Assembly (NCBI GenBank): GCA_002269645.1
Contig: NIVC01000136.1
Coordinates: 444,520-508,519 of the forward strand
Direction of reading: 5' to 3'
Origin: Macrostomum lignano
Taxonomy: Eukaryota
Length of the DNA: 64,000 bases
The notes beneath the pieces are model-generated. The model did no database searches. It saw only the letters and a program-made list of their open reading frames with translations, and had not been told where the DNA came from. Positions 40,640-56,963 of the stretch are shown here, piece after piece; the first letter of the stretch is position 1; every line of letters begins with the position of its first letter. Position numbers and translations under genes: made by a program.

Positions 40640-42200
40640 TCCCTTTGGCAGTTGATCTCCGGCATTTCCCCTCCGGAATTTACCTGCCAGCAATTTCCCT
40701 CTGGCAGCAGAGGGAATCTGGCATCATTCCTTCTGGCCAAAGGGGAAGTGCTGGATTGGAAACGCCGAAGAAGAAACGCCAGAGGGGAAGTGCTGGATTG
40801 GAAACGCTGAAGAAGAAACGCCAGATGAGAAGTGCTGGATTGGAAACACCGAAGAAGAAACGCCAGAGGAGAAGTGCTGGATTGGAAACGCCGAAGAAGA
40901 AACGCCAGAGGGGAAGTGCTGGATTGGAAACGCCGAAGAAGAAACGCCAGAGGGGAAGTGCTGGATTGGAAACGCCGAAGAAGAAACGCCAGAGGAGAAG
41001 TGCTGGATTGGAAACGCCGAAGAAGAAACGCCAGAGGAGAAGTGCTGGATTGGAAACACCGAAGAAGAAACGCCAGAGGAGAAGTGCTGGATTGGAAACG
41101 CCGAAGAAGAAACGCCAGAGGGGAAGTGCTGGATTGGAAACGCCGAAGAAGAAACGCCAGAGGGGAAGTGCTGGATTGGAAACGCCGAAGAAGAAACGCC
41201 AGAGGAGAAGTGCTGGATTGGAAACGCCGAAGAAGAAACGCCAGAGGAGAAGTGCTGGATTGGAAACGCCGAAGAAGAAACGCCAGAGGAGAAGTGCTGG
41301 ATTGGAAACGCCGAAGAAGAAACGCCAGAGGAGAAGTGCTGGATTGGAAACGCCGAAGAAGAAACGCCAGAGGGGAAGTGTTGGATTGGAAACGCCGAAG
41401 AAGAAACGCCAGAGGAGAAGTGCTGGATTGGAAACGCCGAAGAAGAAACGCCAGAGGAGAAGTGCTGGATTGGAAACGCCGAAGAAGAAACGCCAGAGGA
41501 GAAGTGCTGGATTGGAAACGCCGAAGAAGAAACGCCAGAGGGGAAGTGCTGGATTGGAAACGCCGAAGAAGAAACGCCAGAGGGGAAGTGCTGGATTGGA
41601 AACGCCGAAGAAGAAACGCCAGAGGAGAAGTGCTGGATTGGAAACGCCGAAGAAGAAACGCCAGAGGAGAAGTGCTGGATTGGAAACGCCGAAGAAGAAA
41701 CGCCAGATGAGAAGTGCTGGATTGGAAACGCCGAAGACGAAACGCCAGAGGAGAAGTGCTGGATTGGAAACGCCGAAGAAGAAACGCCAGAGGAGAAGTG
41801 CTGGATTGGAAACGCCGAAGAAGAAACGCCAGAGGGGAAGTGCTGGATTGGAAACGCCGAAGAAGAAACGCCAGAGGAGAAGTGCTGGATTGGAAACGCC
41901 GAAGAAGAAACGCCAGAGGAGAAGTGCTGGATTGGAAACGCCGAAGAAGAAACGCCAGAGGAGAAGTGCTGGATTGGAAACGCCGAAGAAGAAACGCCAG
42001 AGGGGAAGTGCTGAAGGTGAAGTTCCGGAGGTAATATACCGGATCGGAGGAGAGATCCAGAGAGAAAGTGTCGGAATGGATGAAAATATGAAAGGGCAGA
42101 GGCGGAGGGGAAATGTCAGAGGTGAAGGCCAGAGGGAAAGTTTACTATTGTCAGGAGGGAATGATTGAGTGATAGTGCGGGAAAGGAAATGCCAGAGGGG
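40640..42200. repeat. 42-bp minisatellite (GAAGTGCTGGATTGGAAACGCCGAAGAAGAAACGCCAGAGGA)n, about 30 copies at 40740-42012, inside imperfect inverted flanks
   Basis: 42-nt period (GAAGTG at 40745, 40787). Left flank TTTCCCCTCCGGAATTTAC and ATTTCCCTCTGGCA match the reverse complement of right flank GTGAAGTTCCGGAGGTAAT and TGCCAGAGGGGAAAT. Confidence 0.9.
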
Positions 42201-42348
42201 AAATATGGATGTGAATATAGCGCAACTCGTATCAAAATATTTTCAATCGCCTCATTATACAGAGAACTGCATCAATTAAGCTCCACTGTGCCTCTAAAGA
42301 TTGGCGACTTTGATTCATGTTTGATAAAATGGCTTGCTATTCATACTG

Positions 42349-43022
42349 TTAAAATACTGATAGAACAGACAGCACAATACTGATAGAACAGACAGCACAA
42401 TACTGATAGAACAGACAGCACAATACTGATAGAACACACAGCACAATGCTGATAGAACAGACAGCACAATACTGATAGAACACACAGCACAATGCTGATA
42501 GAACAGACAGCACAATACTGATAGAACAGACAGCACAATGCTGATAGAACACACAGCACAATACTGATAGAATAGATAGCACAATACTGATAGAACACAC
42601 AGCACAATACTGATAGAACAGACAGCACAATGCTGATAGAACACACAGCACAATACTGATAGAACAGACAGCACAATACTGATAGAACAGACAGCACAAT
42701 GCTGATAGAACAGACAGCACAATACTGATAGAACAGACAGCACAATACTAATAGAACAGACAGCACAATACTAATAGAACAGACAGCACAATACTGATAG
42801 AACACACAGCACAATGCTGATAGAACAGACAGCACAATACTAATAGAACAGACAGCACAATACTGATAGAACACACAGCACAATACTGATAGAACACACA
42901 GCACAATGCTGATAGAACAGACAGCACAATACTGATAGAACAGACAGCACAATACTGATAGAACAGACAGCACAATACTGATAGAACAGACAGCACAATA
43001 CTGATAGAACAGACAGCACAAT
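42349..43022. repeat. 23-bp satellite, left arm of the second array
   Basis: Same unit and orientation as 31119-35671. Confidence 0.97.
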
Positions 43023-43226
43023 GGGGGGCAAACGGCAACTTAAACCGAGGGACTCTGTGACATCCGCCAGCTTTTCGTTTTTCGAGGAGGCTCTTCCCCC
43101 TCCTTTTCGTTCTGGCCTTGCGTGGAAGCGGCTAGCTTCCTCGTCTTGGTCTGCTGGTGGGGGACGGATCCCCCCTGCTGCTTTTTTGCGGGGCAGGTGG
43201 CTGCTAAGTAGTTGGCTGCTGGCTAA

Positions 43227-48313
<5,087 letters not shown>

Positions 48314-48403
48314 TCCTTGTGCTCTTTTACCTTGGGGTTGCGATAGGGGCCTCGCGGCCTATTCGCGGCGCCTGCGCCCCCCGTCAGTAGTAAGTAAGTA
48401 AGT

Positions 48404-50586
48404 ACAGACAGCACAATACTGATAGAACAGACAGCACAATACTGATAGAACAGACAGCACAATACTGATAGAACAGACAGCACAATACTGATAGAACAGA
48501 CAGCACAATACTGATAGAACAGACAGCACAATACTGATAGAAAAGACAGCACAATGCTGATAGAACACACAGCACAATACTGATAGAACAGACAGCACAA
48601 TACTGATAGAACAGACAGCACAATACTGATAGAACAGACAGCACAATACTGATAGAACAGACAGCACAATACTGATAGAACAGACAGCACAATACTGATA
48701 GAACAGACGGCACAATACTGATAGAACAGACAGCACAATACTGATAGAACAGACAGCACAATACTGATAGAACAGACAGCACAATACTGATAGAACAGAC
48801 AGCACAATACTAATAGAACAGACAGCACAATACTGATAGAACAGACAGCACAATACTGATAGAACAGACAGCACAATACTGATAGAACAGACAGCACAAT
48901 ACTAATAGAACAGACAGCACAATACTGATAGAACACACAGCACAATGCTGATAGAACAGACAGCACAATACTGATAGAACAGACAGCACAATACTGATAG
49001 AACAGACAGCACAATACTAATAGAACAGACAGCACAATACTAATAGAACAGACAGCACAATACTGATAGAACAGACAGCACAATACTGATAGAACAGACA
49101 GCACAATACTGATAGAACAGACAGCACAATACTGATAGAACAGACAGCACAATACTGATAGAACAGACAGCACAATACTGATAGAACAGACAGCACAATA
49201 CTGATAGAACACACAGCACAATACTGATAGAACAGACAGCACAATACTGATAGAACAGACAGCACAATACTGATAGAACAGACAGCACAATACTGATAGA
49301 ACAGACAGCACAATACTAATAGAACAGACAGCACAATACTGATAGAACAGACAGCACAATACTGATAGAACAGACAGCACAATACTGATAGAACAGACAG
49401 CACAATACTGATAGAACAGACAGCACAATACTGATAGAACAGACAGCACAATACTGATAGAACAGACAGCACAATACTGATAGGACAGACAGCACAATAC
49501 TGATAGAACAGACAGCACAATACTGACAGAACAGACAGCACAATACTGATAGAACAGACAGCACAATACTGATAGAACAGACAGCACAATACTGATAGAA
49601 CAGACAGCACAATACTGATAGAACAGACAGCACAATACTAATAGAACAGACAGCACAATACTGATAGAACAGACAGCACAATACTGATAGAACAGACAGC
49701 ACAATACTGATAGAACAGACAGCACAATACTGATAGAACAGACAGCACAATACTGATAGAACAGACAGCACAATACTGATAGAACAGACAGCACAATACT
49801 GATAGGACAGACAGCACAATACTGATAGAACAGACAGCACAATACTGACAGAACAGACAGCACAATACTGATAGAACAGACAGCACAATACTGATAGAAC
49901 AGACAGCACAATACTGATAGAACAGACAGCACAATACTGATAGGACAGACAGCACAATACTGATAGAACAGACAGCACAATACTGATAGAACAGACAGCA
50001 CAATACTGATAGAACACACAGCACAATACTGATAGAACAGACAGCACAATACTGATAGAACAGACAGCACAATACTGATAGAACAGACAGCACAATACTG
50101 ATAGAACACACAGCACAATACTGATAGAACACACAGCACAATACTGATAGAACAGACAGCACAATACTGATAGAACAGACAGCACAATACTGATAGAACA
50201 CACAGCACAATACTGATAGAACACACAGCACAATACTGATAGAACAGACAGCACAATACTGATAGAACAGACAGCACAATACTGATAGAACACACAGCAC
50301 AATACTGATAGAACAGACAGCACAATACTGATAGAACACACAGCACAATACTGATAGAACAGACAGCACAATACTGATAGAACAGACAGCACAATACTGA
50401 TAGAACAGACAGCACAATACTGATAGAACACACAGCACAATACTGATAGAACAGACAGCACAATACTGATAGAACAGACAGCACAATACTGATAGAACAG
50501 ACAGCACAATACTGATAGAACACACAGCACAATACTGATAGAACACACAGCACAATACTGATAGAACAGACAGCACAATACTGATA
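48404..50586. repeat. 23-bp satellite, right arm of the second array (about 95 units, more homogeneous)
   Basis: Same unit; mostly 23-mers with single-base variants. Confidence 0.97.
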
Positions 50587-50879
50587 AAAATCATTACTGG
50601 TAATTCCCGTGCGAAAATGAATGTACAGAGAAATTTGCAAACATTATCTGTCTGTTTGAGTTGCACAGATTTCTGAGTTGGGGTGTTCAGCCTTTTATAG
50701 TTAGCTTTTTGTTAGAAATAGTTTGCGTCTATTAAAATGAGTTTATAGAGTATAAATGTGTTTTCACTTTTTATGCGCTAGATTGTTTTCAGTCAGTAAG
50801 ACTCTTGCAATCAGGGAGACGTAAAAATCAATATTTTTTGTTATTAATAATTAGCAGCAGCAGGCTTGTTAGTCTCCCA

Positions 50880-51400
50880 ATAATGTTTAGCATAAGTTCG
50901 AAAATCTGGATCTGAGTCAACAGAGTGCGCCACTGAGTTGCTCAAGTTTTGATGCTCAAATCTGCAGCATCAGCCGCACTTCACGAAGAGACAGCTGGAC
51001 AGAGCCATAGCTCCAGCTGATATACCCTTCGGCCTTCAGCTAGGTGCATCCGAACCCCATATGGCTAGACTGGCGACTCGTGCTACATCAGTTGAAGTAA
51101 CGCCACAAGGCACGGTTCCATTTCTTCTTACAGTAAAAATTTAAAGATCTGCGCGTGACCGCAGGCCGCAGCATTTCATTTCGAGATGGCTATCTTCCAG
51201 CGCATGCATGTGTAAGTCTCATTCGGCTTTTCTCTCAGACCTCGGATTCTGTCAGCGTTATCCATCGCGTAAACACTTTGGCTTTCTATGTTTTCTTCGT
51301 TTCTGCTTTCAGTGCATTGCCTGAACGCTGAAGCAAGGAGAGACCTCTATCATGTTGGGGACGAATGTCTGTGTCGAGTGCACCAGTCTCGAGATCTGCA
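50880..51400. repeat. Diverged duplicate of 35830-35950 (FReD 3' end) joined to a duplicate of 40000-40350
   Basis: TTTTGATGCTCAAATCTGCAGCATCAGCCGCACTTCACGAAGAGACA is shared with about 35904-35950. GGTGCATCCGAACCCC, CCACAAGGCACGG, GCGCGTGACCGCAGGCCG and GTCGAGTGCACCA are shared with 40000-40350. Confidence 0.85.
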
Positions 51401-52664
51401 ATCAGCAGCCAAGCAACAAGGGTTGCAGCAATAAACAGGGTGAAAATCAAGATAGCTGCATAACGAATCTGGCACAGAAGGAGAACGCACAGAAAGGTTC
51501 TTAGAGCGGGACAGGAAAGCGAGACCCACAGATCGAGCCCTACCGCTGGCGACCCTGTGCTGGCGCCCCACAATACCCCCCACCCAAATTGCATTTCAAG
51601 TTCCTTTCAAAGCACCGCTGGTACAGACCGCATCAAATGACTTCTCCTAAAGATTTTGCAAAAGAAAAAAGAGAATTCTACGGGTAGAGAATTATTAAAC
51701 AGCCTATTGAAAACTGAGACTGGGAATCTCATCTGTCCATCCTGCACTCCACTTATCCCTATAGGCCCTTCTCTACATGGAAAGTGTCCACTTTTGGCGG
51801 GTGCTCACGATGATGAACCCCACAGAATCTCACAGACTGGCACAGATTTTGGGTAGTTTTTCTGCTTTTTTAATGAGACAGGTAAAATGCCTGTAATTAT
51901 TGAAAAGCATAGAATAGAAGCGCTCCCCACTGCATACAGTTATCTCGCTTCTCCCGCTCATCCTAAACTTCTGCCTTTCCAAGCAGAGTCGCAGGCTGTA
52001 TCTATATATGCGACAGTCATTTTCCACGAGACTGCAACTCTAGCGTAAAAGTAGGCACTGACTTTGGTTGACAAACTCGTAAATTTACGTAAACTTACCC
52101 TCCGTGAAGTAAACTAACGTCAAATAGCGTTTATTTACCTGAAACCACGTTAATCAACCTTCAAGCTATTGGTTAATTAACCCCCCCCCCAGTATTACGA
52201 GCAACCATCGTTTTCAACGGGAACTGATCGGGAGCATGAGAATTTCCCACAGGAAGTTATCCCGCCGAGATTTCTCCGCCGAGGTTGTCCCACAGCGAGG
52301 TTTTCCCGCAGGGGTTTTCTAGTCGGAATTTCAACTCAAATACAGTCTATAGACTAAACTAGACTACTGTATTTGAGTTGGTATTTGAGTTTAGTTCTGC
52401 TCTCCTCTCATTTGTTCTGTTCTGTTCTGTTCTGTTCTGTTCTGTGGTCTGTTTTGTTTAAACTTTTTACACCAAATCAAATTTTGCTGTAAAAAATTAA
52501 ATAAACTGAGATCATGAGTGTATTTGAGCTACACATGATTCTATATTTAAGATGGTTAATATTTTCGAATATGCTTTTTGTTAATTTAGTAGTAGGGCGA
52601 ATTATGATACTGCCGCACTAGCACTGGCGAGATAGGCGGCAATGCAAATGTACAGGGAAAAATA

Positions 52665-53210
52665 CACTGCGGAGATATGAGCCCTATCTCTGTGCATTGG
52701 GGACGGCTAAGCACTGCAGAGATATGAGCTCTATCTCTGTGCATTGGGGACGGCTAAGCACTGCAGAGATATGAGCTCTATCTCTGTGCATTGGGGACGG
52801 CTAAGCACTGCAGAGATATGAGCTCTATCTCTGTGCATTGGGGACGGCTAAGCACTGCAGAGATATGAGCTCTATCTCTGTGCATTGGGGACGGCTAAGC
52901 ACTGCAGAGATATGAGCTCTATCTCTGTGCATTGGGGACGGCTAAGCACTGCAGAGATATGAGCTCTATCTCTGTGCATTGGGGACGGCTAAGCACTGCA
53001 GAGATATGAGCTCTATCTCTGTGCATTGGGGACGGCTAAGCACTGCAGAGATATGAGCTCTATCTCTGTGCATTGGGGACGGCTAAGCACTGCAGAGATA
53101 TGAGCTCTATCTCTGTGCATTGGGGACGGCTAAGCACTGCAGAGATATGAGCTCTATCTCTGTGCATTGGGGACGGCTAAGCACTGCAGAGATATGAGCT
53201 CTATCTCTGC
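52665..53210. repeat. 47-bp tandem repeat (about 11.5 copies) with an internal palindrome, in the presumed Polinton TIR
   Basis: CACTGCAGAGATATGAGCTCTATCTCTGTGCATTGGGGACGGCTAAG, period 47 (52712, 52759). CAGAGATA/TATCTCTG arms surround GAGCTC. Confidence 0.95.
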
Positions 53211-53402
53211 TTAACACAGGAGTGATAGGAGAAGAGGCGGCCTATTTCTTTACACTGGAGATGGTTAACACTGCAGAGATAGGAGGAGAGGCGGCCTATC
53301 TCTTTGCATTGGGGGTGGTTAACACTGCAGAGATAGGATGGAGTGGGTTAGCTTAGCTGAATGAATGTTAATCTATGTAATTGGAAATAATGTTTGCGAA
53401 AG

Positions 53403-53464
53403 AGCCAATCACAGAGCCCGGAGTGGGATGGGTGGTTTGGGGTGGTTCGGTCGAGGGTATATAA
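53403..53464 (+). promoter_or_regulatory. Candidate Pol II promoter (CCAAT box + TATA box) driving the first Polinton gene
   Basis: AGCCAATCA at about 53403 and GGGTATATAAG at about 53455-53465; ATG at 53570. Confidence 0.5.
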
Positions 53465-53569
53465 GCCCCGAAACTGACAAGAAAGAATTCTCAATTTTTC
53501 AAATCCAAAATTTCATCCGAACTTTTCCTCAGCTTTTAACTTTTGTGAGTTTTCAATTGCGAAAGGAAA

Positions 53570-54343
53570 ATGGACATCTGTGAAGGCTATAAGGCACAAG
53601 TCCAGGAGTTTGAAGGACAAAAATTTATCGCTATTCGCAAGTTTTACCGACACGGCAGCACGGCAAGTCTGAAGCCAGGCGTCCCAGGATTCAACCTGAA
53701 TGTTCACCAATGGAAGAAATTGAAGGAGGTGAAACGCTCACTTGTGATTTCTGCACGCAACAACGAGCCCAAGGTCGTGAAACTCGGCTTCGATAAGTTT
53801 GTGGAAGTCAAAGGCGGCATCATTTGGCTCAAACGGCTGCCGGAAGATTGCTGCGAGGAGTTTTTGAGACGAAACGCCGTACCACTGACTCCGCCGCTGT
53901 GGCAGAAGCTCTGGAAAATCGCCTCCTGGATCGACGGTCAGCTGGTGGCTCCCTTGAGGAACTCAATGCAGTACGAGCTGGAGTCTGATGAGGAAGAGGA
54001 GGAAGAGGACAAGAAGCTCAAGTTGGAGGCTGACCAGGACACGAAGCCCATAATGGAGACTGATGAGGGCGGAGAGCATGCTGATGACGAGGACGTTAGC
54101 TCGCCCACAAGGCCGCGCATTGTGACTGAGCCTATCACATCCACACCGATACCTTTGGTTGATTCTGATGCTGGACTGCTTCCGCAGCGGGACACCAACC
54201 TTGAGGAAGATCCGGTGTGGTATCAGTTCAGGGCGCATGCAGCGGCTTCGACGGTGAGCAGCAGCAGCAGGAAGCGAAAGCTGCCATTTCAACTTCGTCG
54301 GCAGGACGCGATGAGGCTGCCCAATGTTCGCTTTGATAACTGA
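53570..54343 (+). CDS. PC4/Sub1-like (transcription coactivator p15, ssDNA-binding) domain protein with an acidic low-complexity tail
   Basis: AQVQEFEGQKFIAIRKFY...KPGVPGFNLNVHQWKKLKE matches the PC4 pattern (V.EFKG...IDIRE.Y......PG.KGISL...QW..L). A second degenerate copy follows (KFVEVKGGIIWLKR...NAVPLTPPLWQKL), then ESDEEEEEED. Confidence 0.75.
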   Translation: MDICEGYKAQVQEFEGQKFIAIRKFYRHGSTASLKPGVPGFNLNVHQWKKLKEVKRSLVISARNNEPKVVKLGFDKFVEVKGGIIWLKRLPEDCCEEFLRRNAVPLTPPLWQKLWKIASWIDGQLVAPLRNSMQYELESDEEEEEEDKKLKLEADQDTKPIMETDEGGEHADDEDVSSPTRPRIVTEPITSTPIPLVDSDAGLLPQRDTNLEEDPVWYQFRAHAAASTVSSSSRKRKLPFQLRRQDAMRLPNVRFDN

Positions 54344-54670
54344 ACAGCTAGAATGCTTTGAATGCATTGGACTAACTAAATTACTTTTAGCTTGCACATG
54401 ATTATCCAGCCTATATCTGACGGCACTATGCTGTTTTTTATCTCTGCTATTTCTGAAATGCTGGTGTGCGAGTGTTTTAGTGTTCGTTTTTATGGATTGT
54501 TTGCTTTCGGAAAATACACCGACTGTTACGATGTTAGAGGTTTCAATCTGACAGTAATAAATTAATTTGCCACTCGTTTCTCTATCATTTAATTGGAATA
54601 TAAATTTCTACTTAAGAAAAAAATACTGTACAGCTAGAGCAGGTGGATAGGCACGTATCTTGATAAACCC

Positions 54671-55740
54671 ATGATGGAGAAAATTTATTTGAAACCTGAG
54701 CAACCGGCTAGTTTTTCTTGTGCCTCAAAGTTGCTGCATGAAGTGAGGCAAAGAGGTGATCGAATATCTGCAAAGAGCATTGAGCAGTGGCTCAGCGAGC
54801 AGCCAGTGCACACTCTGCACAAGCCAGCTAGGAGGCGATATCCAAGGGCCCCAATCATAGTGCGCGCAATCGATGATCAGTGGGAACTTGACTTAGTGGA
54901 AATGATTCCATTTGCAAAGCATAATAAAGGCTACAAATATATTCTCACATGCATTGACGTGCTCTCAAAATGTGCTTGGGCCAAGGCACTGAAAAATAAA
55001 TCTGCTGCAGAAGTGAAGTCAGCATTCGAGAGCATACTGAGAAGTTCAAAGCGACAGCCGCGCACAGTTCGCACAGATCAGGGGAAGGAATTTATCAACT
55101 CCACTTTCCGTCAATACTGCATTGACAGAGGGATTCTGGCTTTCCCAACTAACAGCGAGCAGAAGGCGGCTGTCATTGAGCGATGGAATCGGACTCTGAA
55201 AAGTAGAATGTGGCGCTACTTCACCTACAAGAGCACACTGCACTGGCTTGATGTGCTGCCTAAGCTGGTAAAATCCTACAACAATACCTACCACAGAAGC
55301 ATCAAAATGGCACCCACTAGTGTCTACAAAGAGAATGAATCTGAAGTGTGGATGAACCTGTACGACGGAAAAGCAGTCGAGACTCTAGAAAAATTAAGGA
55401 AGCCTAAATTCGCTGAAAACCAGTCAGTGAGAATTTCCAATGCTCCACGGCTATTCAAAAAGGGATACAAAGCGAGCTGGAGTGAGGAAGTGTACACCGT
55501 GGTGAGCAGAGCCCCAAAACATTATCCCTACATGTACAAGATTAAAGACATGCGGGGGCAAGAGATTCGAGGACTCTTCCATGAGCACGAGCTGCAGGCT
55601 GTCCCGGACTCACAGCGGCTGTATGTGATTGAGAAGATCCTGAAAACGGAGAAGCGGAAGGGAAAAATTCGCTATCTGGTGAAATGAGCGGGCTACGACT
55701 CGACTGGCTGGGTGGATGAAAAAGACTTAAGAAAGGTTTA
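54671..55740 (+). CDS. Polinton retroviral-type (rve) integrase with a C-terminal chromodomain interrupted by a TGA at 55685-55687
   Basis: DDE residues ELDLVEM / RTDQGKEF / AVIERWNRTLK. The C-terminus reads YVIEKIL...RYLVK*AGYDSTGWVDEKDLRKV-TAG. Confidence 0.9.
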
Positions 55741-55778
55741 GCTTTGGCACATCCCTCATCTTGAAGTTTATCATTATA

Positions 55779-56588
55779 ATGCGAACTATTTTGATTAACA
55801 GTGAGCATGCTGAAGGTACTCCTAGTGACTTTAATTTTTACCTGCCTTCACCTATTTACTTGGATCGAAATGTGGACTATGAGGCAGGTCTGGCTGAAAT
55901 CCATCTGCCTGCTGCATGGTTCAATGTTGACGAGCCTTACTGCTTCACTGTCTCAGATGGAAGAGAGCATGAGGCCCTGGTTCTTCAACCCGGACGCTTT
56001 GCTAGAGTGGAGGAGCTGGTGGAGCGCCTGAATGAGCTGCTGGCCAACTCTGATTCGCTGTTCTTTGATGCAATGAGTGACAGGGAGTCTGAGATGGAGG
56101 CTGATGAGTCCGGCCTGATGGGGCGTAGTGGCAACAGGGAATTCGGTATGAAGTTCGAAATCCACAACTCACGAACTGTGGTGCACAACAACACTGCGAG
56201 AGCAGAGCTGTTTCTTCCATCTAGTAAAATTCTGCATTGGCTGGGATTTGGAAACCAGGCTGTGAAAATCCAGCCAGGGAGCCGCGTGTCCGAGCATTGC
56301 ATTGGCTGCCCGCGCACCAGCTTAATCAATGTGCACTGCAGTATCGTTGAGTCAACTAATTGCAACTGGAGCTCCTTGTTGAGAACAGTTGGAATGAAAG
56401 CCGGCATTGAATGGGGCAACTATCAAACAAAAATATTTAAGAAAACAATATTCTTCCCGATTCAACGAATCAGTCTTCTTCACAGCATTCGAGTTCAGCT
56501 CCGTGACATCTATGGTTGCCCACTGATTGCACAGACTCACAGCCCTGTTCTGCTTACAGTTCAAATTCAGGAGAAACGCATTCAATGA
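55779..56588 (+). CDS. Polinton minor capsid (penton, single jelly-roll) protein
   Basis: N-terminal TPSDFNFYLPSPIYLD..YEAGLAEIHLP, C-terminal LHSIRVQLRDIYG; the position in the morphogenesis cluster fits. Confidence 0.7.
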   Translation: MRTILINSEHAEGTPSDFNFYLPSPIYLDRNVDYEAGLAEIHLPAAWFNVDEPYCFTVSDGREHEALVLQPGRFARVEELVERLNELLANSDSLFFDAMSDRESEMEADESGLMGRSGNREFGMKFEIHNSRTVVHNNTARAELFLPSSKILHWLGFGNQAVKIQPGSRVSEHCIGCPRTSLINVHCSIVESTNCNWSSLLRTVGMKAGIEWGNYQTKIFKKTIFFPIQRISLLHSIRVQLRDIYGCPLIAQTHSPVLLTVQIQEKRIQ

Positions 56589-56961
56589 ACTACCAGCAGC
56601 TAATCCAGCAATATTCGGGGTGAGGACAGGACACGAAAAGCCTGCACTCTATGGCTGTGGGAGCTTCCCAGGGATCATGACATACCAGCCTCCGCCAGCG
56701 GCTATATCATCATCATCAGCCTCGACGCTTAGCAACGTCAGGCGCAAAAGAAATACTGAAGCAAGTCCGAAACGATTGAAGAAAAAGAAGGGCACCCGAA
56801 AGGCAACTGGTGGAAATCGCAGTAAGAGGTCGAGCAAGGCTAGTGGGAAAAAGCTTAAGAATAGGAAGACGAAAGCAAAGAAGAATAGAGCAGGCGGAGG
56901 AAAGCGAAAGCAAAAAGTCAGCAAGAAAACTGTGAAACGCGTGCTCGACTCTCTGTCATAG
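56585..56961 (+). CDS. Small Lys/Arg-rich putative virion core/DNA-condensing protein (frameshift at about 56620)
   Basis: ATG overlaps the penton stop (ATGA). MNYQQLIQQYSG then +1 shift to ..YGCGSFPGIMTYQ, followed by a very basic tail (KRLKKKKGTRKA...KNRKTKAKKNR). Confidence 0.5.
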
Positions 56962-56963
56962 AC

